Part shown: positions 58,601-64,000 of the stretch, in pieces
Numbering within the stretch: position 1 is the stretch's first letter
Layout of the letters: each line of letters opens with the position of its first letter
NCBI GenBank assembly: GCA_002269645.1
Contig: NIVC01000889.1
Coordinates: 62,001-126,000, forward strand
Direction: 5' to 3'
Source of the DNA: Macrostomum lignano
Taxonomy: Eukaryota
Length of the DNA: 64,000 bases
The notes under the pieces: model-generated
Database searches by the model: none
The model's input: only the letters and a program-made list of their open reading frames with translations
What the model was told of the DNA's origin: nothing
Made by a program: the position numbers and the translations under genes

Positions 58601-61600
58601 GGCGTTTTGAGGCTTACCTCTGAGAGTCCAGGGTTCCTGGACGAGGATGAGCCCCGGCTTGTCGAGCTCGGCGTAACGCATAAGGTTGACCGAGGCTGCG
58701 ACGCAGTGCTGCAGATTAATCTGCAGGCAATGGATTCCCTGGTTGCTGATCATTATCACGCAGTTGGGGAATCGTTGAGCAGGTCATCCTCCTCCTTTTC
58801 AGTGGTGGGTGACCCGCAGACCTCCATGGGAGTTTCAGCGTCCTCAGCAGTTAGGGTGGCTGTGGAGTCCTCCGCGGACGTGAGCCCAGCGTGGACGTTA
58901 CCGTCGCCTCTCCTGCGTGCTTCGGTGCTGTCACTGCCCGTCCCCTCTGCCTCGTCGGTCAGGTCGATGCGGGTGGCGCCAGCCTCCTGGTGAGTCACAG
59001 ACTCGAACCAGTCGGTCGGAGCCTCCCCGCTTAGAGTCTGGCCTTCTGGCTGTTGGGGTGGAGCGCGAGAAGCGCGGGCCCGCTCACGATGCGCACGAAG
59101 GTTCTTGGCCTGGTCCAGCGCGCGCTGGATCAGGCCGGACCTCCGGGTGCTCCTGGCGGGTCTGCGATTGCGATTTCCGGTTTCAGCAGCGCGAACTGCC
59201 TTACCGGGCATAGGATCGGCCGTTTGCCTCGGCTTCTTTGCCGGAGGAGCCTGGGCCCCAGTTCCGGTTTCGGAAGCTTTGGCATTCTTGGCTTCATCAG
59301 CTTTCCGCTCCTCGCAACGGAGGATGGTCAGCTGAGTCAGACCAATATGAATTGTGGACTTAGGCGGCAAGCGCTTAGCCCAGTCATCAGAGAGCCCTAG
59401 GATCACCGTAGCCCCCTTCTCCTTGCGGGAAGTGGCGTGGTGTAGGAGCCCGTTGACCTTAAGGTCGGGGTGCAGCTTTAGCAATATTTGCCTAAGCTGA
59501 TCTCCGGACTTAATGGCACTGCCGGCCGGGATCCAGACGCGAAAGCGCTGGGTCTTCTGTCGTTCGCCCTCGCTGGCGAAGACGAGCTTGCCGAGCTTCT
59601 TGGGCCAGTTCAGCTTTGGCAGAAGCTCGCGTAGATTGCGGCTGCTCTCCTCCGAGCTGCACCAGATGAAGATGCAGCCGTCGGTCTTGGCAGACTTGAC
59701 CACGCTCACAGGGCGGCCCGCCAGGAGCTGGTCGATGAGCGCAGCATCGATGGTGCGCCAGGCACTGTCGAGCTCGTCGGCCGTGAGGTCCTGCTCTTCC
59801 CCGAAGACGATGACCGCCGGTTGGAGCTTGACCTTTGAGGCGTAGTTGGTGGCGGCGGTTCCCGAAGGCCCGGCCGCGCTTGTAGCAGGTATACTGGGTG
59901 GCTCACCAGCGGGGGTTGTATCCTGGGGGGCAGGGGTTGCTGTGGTTCCTTTCGGCCCAACAGCAGCCTCGCCCTCCCTAGGTTCCCCTTCCGCCGGTGG
60001 CCGGCCCGCAGTACCCCGTAGTCGCCGTCGCCGCTCGTTGCGGCGTTGGTTGCGGGTGCGTCGGGCTTCAGCGGAGGGCCCGGTTGCGCGTGCGGGCATG
60101 TCACCAGCCGAGCCGGCGGCAAGCCCATCTGCCCCCGGTGGGGCGGCGCTGGTGCCAGAGTCACCGGCCGGAGTTGCCGGGGCCCCGGCTTCAGCGGGGG
60201 TTAAAGAGGCGGATGACGCCATAGCTGAAAGCGGGAAGGAGTGAGCTGAGTCACAAAAGAAAGAGGAAAGAAGAAAAAGAAAAGGACCGCTAGCGACCGG
60301 ACAACCCCCCGGCCTTCCAGCCCATCGGCACGGTCAAACACCTTAGGCATTAGGGGGTACGTTAAGCAGTACCACGGCCTGCAGGCTGGCAAGCCAGACC
60401 CGCATACCCAAATTCGGCCGAAGCCACTGGATGGGTCGCCAGCGTCGGAGCCCAGTCTGTCCAGCAGCCCTAGGGTCTGCCTTGAACACACGCGGGGACG
60501 AGTACCCTGGGTCGACTTGTGAAACAGCGTGAGGGGGGGGGGGTCTGCGGCTGCCAGTGGCAAATAGCGGGTGCAGACCTCCCTCTCCAGCCTTGACCTG
60601 CTGAATATAGGGGCAGGCGTGAAGCATCGCAGACCGTAGCCCTTAGGCCTGGTCTGTCTCATACTTCACTGGCGTGCTGAATACACCTTCGCGTGCAAAC
60701 GTCAGCACACTGTATGAATGGATGGTTGAGAGCTGCTCAAAAGTCAGCACACTGTATGAATGGATGGTTGAGAGCTGCTCAAACGTCAGCACACTGTATG
60801 AATGGATGGTTGAGAGCTGCTCAAAAGTCAGCACACTGTATGAATGGATGGTTGAGAGCTGCTCAAACGTCAGCACACTGTATGAATGGATAGTTGAGAG
60901 CTGCTCAAAAGTCAGCACACTGTATGAATGGATGGTTGAGAGCTGCTCAAACGTCAGCACACTGTATGAATGGATGGTTGAGAGCTGCTCAAACGTCAGC
61001 ACACTGTATGAATGGATGGTTGAGAGCTGCTCAAAAGTCAGCACACTGTATGAATGGATGGTTGAGAGCTGCTCAAAAGTCAGCACACTGTATGAATGGA
61101 TGGTTGAGAGCTGCTCAAAAGTCAGCACACTGTATGAATGGATAGTTGAGAGCTGCTCAAAGGTCAGCACACTGTATGAATGGATGGTTGAGAGCTGCTC
61201 AAAGGTCAGCACACTGTATGGATGGTGAGAGCTGCTCAGCAGCCAAAGCACTGCTCGGTAGTCGTTAATAGTAGCCTAAAACAGCAACAGACTCAAAACT
61301 GACAAGTCCCAACCTGGAGTACGTAGCCGCTAGCGTGGAAGAGCAGGACTCGCTGTACCAGGGCACGGTCCCGGACTCGGACACAGCGCCAACGGACAGG
61401 GTGTAGATGCTGTTCGTGTAGCCGTCCGTGTTACAGTTGTCCTCTCGGCCGCCGTTGCCGCTGGCCCAGACGAACACGGAGCCAAGGCCCTGTCTGCCAC
61501 GGGCGACGCCAAGCGAGAACGCCTTCTGGGTCAAGCGGCCGGGGCCTTCGAGTGTTGCGCCGTCGTCGCTGGGTCCCCAGCTGGACGAGTACACGTGGAT

Positions 61601-63111
61601 GTGCTGGGGCTGGTGGCCTACCGACAGGGTCTCCACTGTATCCGTGATTTCGCCATCAAGCATTCGGATGGCTGCGGAGACGGGGCAAGCATTAAACTTG
61701 ATAGCTAGCTGTCAAGCTGTCAAGCTGCCAACAAGTTAAATTAATTCGACAATGTGAAATTTCGACCTTCTGGAAGGGAACCCTAATCCATTGAAAGCCC
61801 CTAGCTTCAAATGGCTTTGATTACTAAAGGGGAAATGCTAAACAAAAAGGAATTTCCTGTCTAAAACTAGTCAGGAATCCTAGCCAAGGGAATTCCCTGT
61901 TTTTGATTATTCAGGGGAATCCTAAGCACTGGGAATTCCCTGTCTTTGATTATTCAGAGGAATCCTAAGCAAAGAAAATTCCCTGTCTTCGATTAGCTCG
62001 TATTGAGGGGAATCCTAACAAATGGGAATTCCCTGTCTTCGATTATTCAAGGGAATCCTAAGCAATGGGAATTCCCTGTCTTCAATTATTCAGGGAAATC
62101 CTAAGCAAAGAAAATTCCCTGTCTTCGATTATTGAGGGGAATCCTAACAAATGGGAATTCCCTGTCTTCGATTATTCAAGGGAATCCTAAGCAATGGGAA
62201 TTCCCTGTCTTCAATTATTCAGGGAAATCCTAAGCAAAGAAAATTCCCTGTCTTCGATTATTGAGGGGAATCCTAACAAATGGGAATTCCCTGTCTTCGA
62301 TTATCCAAGGGAATCCTAAGCAATGGGAATTCCCTGTCTTCAATTATTCAGGGAAATCCTAAGCAAAGAAAATTCCCTGTCTTCGATTATTAAGGGGAAT
62401 CCTTAAAATTGGGAATTCCCTGTCTACGATCAGTCAGGGGAATCCTAAGCAATCGGAAATCCCTGTTTTCAATTATTCAGGGAAATCCTAAGCAAAGAAA
62501 ATTCCCTGTCTTCGATTATTGAGGGGAATCCTAACAAATGGGAATTCCCTGTCTTCGATTATTCAAGGGAATCCTAAGCAATGGGAATTCCCTGTCTTCA
62601 ATTATTCAGGGAAATCCTAAGCAAAGAAAATTCCCTGTCTTCGATTATTCAAGGGAATCCTAAGCAATGGGAATTCCCTAATCAATTGCTAATAATTGGT
62701 CTGTGGGAATCCACTGGAGATTCCTCCGCCTCTAGTCAGTCAGAAAGGAAATCCACCAGGAGGAGATCCGCTACCTCCAATCCTGGACCGAAAAGCCACG
62801 CCCGGGATGCAGATGGAGTTATTGGCCTGTGCAGCGATCTGACCGGCGCAGCGAGTTCCGTGTCTGGAAATTTTTTTCGTTGATTATAATTATTATGTTA
62901 TGATTATTATGTTTAAAAAATGGTGTACTTCGCTCAATAAAACAAGCTAGAAAATATAAGTCAGATTTTCCTCATCTTTCTACTATTAGTATAAGAAATG
63001 GATTTTTTCAAACAAAAAAAAGAAATCGACCAACTTGTTTTCGTCTTTGGCTGTTGGCCGATAAGTGGGATCCGGGTCGTTGCCGTTCACGTCGAATGAA
63101 GCTCTGGAGTC
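52677..63111 (-). CDS. Furin/kexin-type proprotein convertase (S8B), 3' part; exons 63035-63111, 62775-62863, 61314-61671, 54228-54789 (GC donor), 53720-53822, 52677-52933; 5' exons lie beyond the window
   Basis: [12 protein letters not shown], catalytic His [21 protein letters not shown], oxyanion WASGNGG, catalytic Ser [20 protein letters not shown]-domain EHVQVRV...RRG...[16 protein letters not shown]; C-terminal hydrophobic stretch. Confidence 0.93.
53108..53310 (-). mobile_element. SINE-like dispersed repeat, family B
   Basis: B-box-like ggctcgattcc head plus the shared body ccaaggcgcagtgaagtgtacatgcctaacgat...gggccgctgtacact. Confidence 0.65.
53895..54082 (+). mobile_element. tRNA-headed SINE-like repeat, family B
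   Basis: B box ggttcgatccc followed by a body matching 8870-8990 and 53108-53310. Confidence 0.7.
54848..54939. repeat. Left stump of an intronic minisatellite (38-bp variant) interrupted by the retrotransposon
   Basis: gtcagcacactgtatgaatggttgagagctgctcaaac, about 2.5 copies. Confidence 0.9.
55051..58753 (-). CDS. Retrotransposon ORF2: AP endonuclease, reverse transcriptase, RNase H, CCHC-type finger; two 1-bp deletions (~56791 and 56398-56401)
   Basis: QINLQH, LVQEPW, GDINAHH, IDATL, LSDH (APE); [38 protein letters not shown] (RT); [28 protein letters not shown] (RNase H); CPFC...HFVCHC. Confidence 0.93.
58756..60222 (-). CDS. Retrotransposon ORF1 (488 aa): disordered ends and a central folded domain resembling DUF4780 of LOA-type ORF1; no zinc knuckle seen
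   Basis: Intact ATG-to-TGA ORF directly upstream of ORF2; the domain assignment is by eye only. Confidence 0.8.
   Translation of the reverse strand: MASSASLTPAEAGAPATPAGDSGTSAAPPGADGLAAGSAGDMPARATGPSAEARRTRNQRRNERRRRLRGTAGRPPAEGEPREGEAAVGPKGTTATPAPQDTTPAGEPPSIPATSAAGPSGTAATNYASKVKLQPAVIVFGEEQDLTADELDSAWRTIDAALIDQLLAGRPVSVVKSAKTDGCIFIWCSSEESSRNLRELLPKLNWPKKLGKLVFASEGERQKTQRFRVWIPAGSAIKSGDQLRQILLKLHPDLKVNGLLHHATSRKEKGATVILGLSDDWAKRLPPKSTIHIGLTQLTILRCEERKADEAKNAKASETGTGAQAPPAKKPRQTADPMPGKAVRAAETGNRNRRPARSTRRSGLIQRALDQAKNLRAHRERARASRAPPQQPEGQTLSGEAPTDWFESVTHQEAGATRIDLTDEAEGTGSDSTEARRRGDGNVHAGLTSAEDSTATLTAEDAETPMEVCGSPTTEKEEDDLLNDSPTA
60444..60696 (-). ncRNA. Predicted HDV-like self-cleaving ribozyme at the element 5' end (copy A)
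   Basis: P1 GCACGCG (60696-60690) / CGCGTGT (60494-60488); P2 CCCAG (60511-60507) / CTGGG (60455-60451); L3 TACTCGT; J4/2 CAGA with candidate catalytic C at 60459; manual fold only. Confidence 0.78.
60697..61238. repeat. 42-bp intronic minisatellite, about 13 copies (right side of the insertion)
   Basis: Unit gtcagcacactgtatgaatggatggttgagagctgctcaaa(c/a). Confidence 0.95.
61860..62685. repeat. ~41-43-bp intronic minisatellite with a three-variant higher-order period
   Basis: gggaatcctaagcaatgggaattccctgtcttc.attatt units cycling through caatgg / caaagaa / caaatgg variants. Confidence 0.9.
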
Positions 63112-63454
63112 CTGCGGGAGTGAATGTGCTTGAAGAGTGTTTAACTATAGCGGTTTCGGTGTACACGCACTGCTGAGCAGGGTAGCTCACGAGTAGCTCA
63201 GGCAGATTCCGTAAGCTATCACAAACATTTGGAGTGCACCCGGGGAGGCTTTTGAGATGGAAAAAGTCAGGTTCTTTGTACATCCTGTGTGCGTTGTGCG
63301 TAATTATCTGTGTGCGTGCTCAGGGGCAGCGGGACGGGCCTGACTGCTTGCCTCCATGCTGGCTGCTGGTCCGCGGTTGCCTTGAGTTTTGGCAGCGTCT
63401 GAGGCCCCAGGTGAATCTTCATCAGTTCCCCTGGTCCTCCAGTGACTCTTTAAT

Positions 63455-63805
63455 ACTTCAGGGTCCTCCGATACTTCAGGTGTCTATCCTGACTCTTCAG
63501 GTGTCTATCATGATCCTTCAGGTGTGTATCCTGACTCTTCAGGTGTCTATCGTAATCCTTCAGGTGTGTATCCTGACTCTTCAGGTGTCTATCGTAATCC
63601 TTCAGGTGTTTATCGTAATCCTTCAGGTGTCTATCGTAATCCTTCAGGTGTCAATCCTGGCTCCTGAAGGTGTCTATCGTGATCCTTCAGGTGTCTATCG
63701 TAATCCTTCAGGTGTGTATCCTGACTCTTCAGGTGTCTATCGTAATCCTTCAGGTGTCTATCGTAATCCTTCAGGTGTCTTCAGGTGTCAGGTGTCAGGT
63801 GTCAG
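63455..63805. repeat. 21-bp intronic minisatellite
   Basis: cttcaggtgtctatcgtaatc / cttcaggtgtgtatcctgact units. Confidence 0.9.
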
Positions 63806-64000
63806 GTGTTTTTGCAGTCAGGGACAACTTAAACTACCGGGACGCGAAACAAGCCATGATGAAAAAAGTTGAGGGCTCGTTTGAAAGCAGTGTTCTATGG
63901 CCGTTCCAACTGCAACTCTTCAGTCTAAAGAGGTGTGAGGGCAAATAAAAAGCCCTCAACTCTTGTGCGACTGTGAAAAGTGTCGAGAAAGTGCAGCGTC

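Larger units (their letters stand above)
54940..60696 (-). mobile_element. Full-length non-LTR retrotransposon (ORF1; ORF2 APE-RT-RNase H-CCHC), LOA/R1-group-like
   Basis: TSD aaacgtcagcac at 54928-54939 and 60697-60708; 3' tail ctaagtcaagtaagtcaa; ~470-nt 5' UTR; two ORFs. Confidence 0.95.

Noticed and set aside
60643-61251. Repeat ORFs on both strands ([13 protein letters not shown] / [13 protein letters not shown])
   Set aside because: The 42-bp intronic array happens to lack stops in two frames.
63234-63948. Plus-strand ORFs rich in ILQVSIV
   Set aside because: Derived from the 21-bp array in a convertase intron; no further convertase exon was recognised before the window end.

Overview
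This is eukaryotic (metazoan) genomic DNA, not prokaryotic. GC-rich Ala/Gln-rich exons and short introns filled with minisatellites suggest a free-living flatworm such as Macrostomum (inference only). Left to right: three intronless low-complexity ORFs on the minus strand (514, 807 and 647 aa). A complete otoferlin-type ferlin gene (minus, 8532-34298; 33 coding exons walked by hand, 6513 nt, about 2170 aa, one GC-AG intron). An internally deleted non-LTR element (34945-36668) and a ~6.3 kb AT-rich island. DBF4-like and ARIH1-like genes on the plus strand. The 3' part of a furin/kexin-type convertase gene (minus) whose intron holds a full-length APE-RT-RNase H (LOA-like) retrotransposon with a target-site duplication. 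Best discovery: both retrotransposon copies begin exactly at a predicted HDV-like (CPEB3-type) self-cleaving ribozyme, with compensatory base changes between the two copies. The full-length copy lies in sense orientation inside the convertase intron. Other leads: a possible GPI-anchored convertase, a DBF4 gene lacking an in-frame ATG, a possible operon-like cluster, a different minisatellite in many introns, CORE-type SINEs and foldback elements. All alignments and folds were done by eye; no database searches were run.
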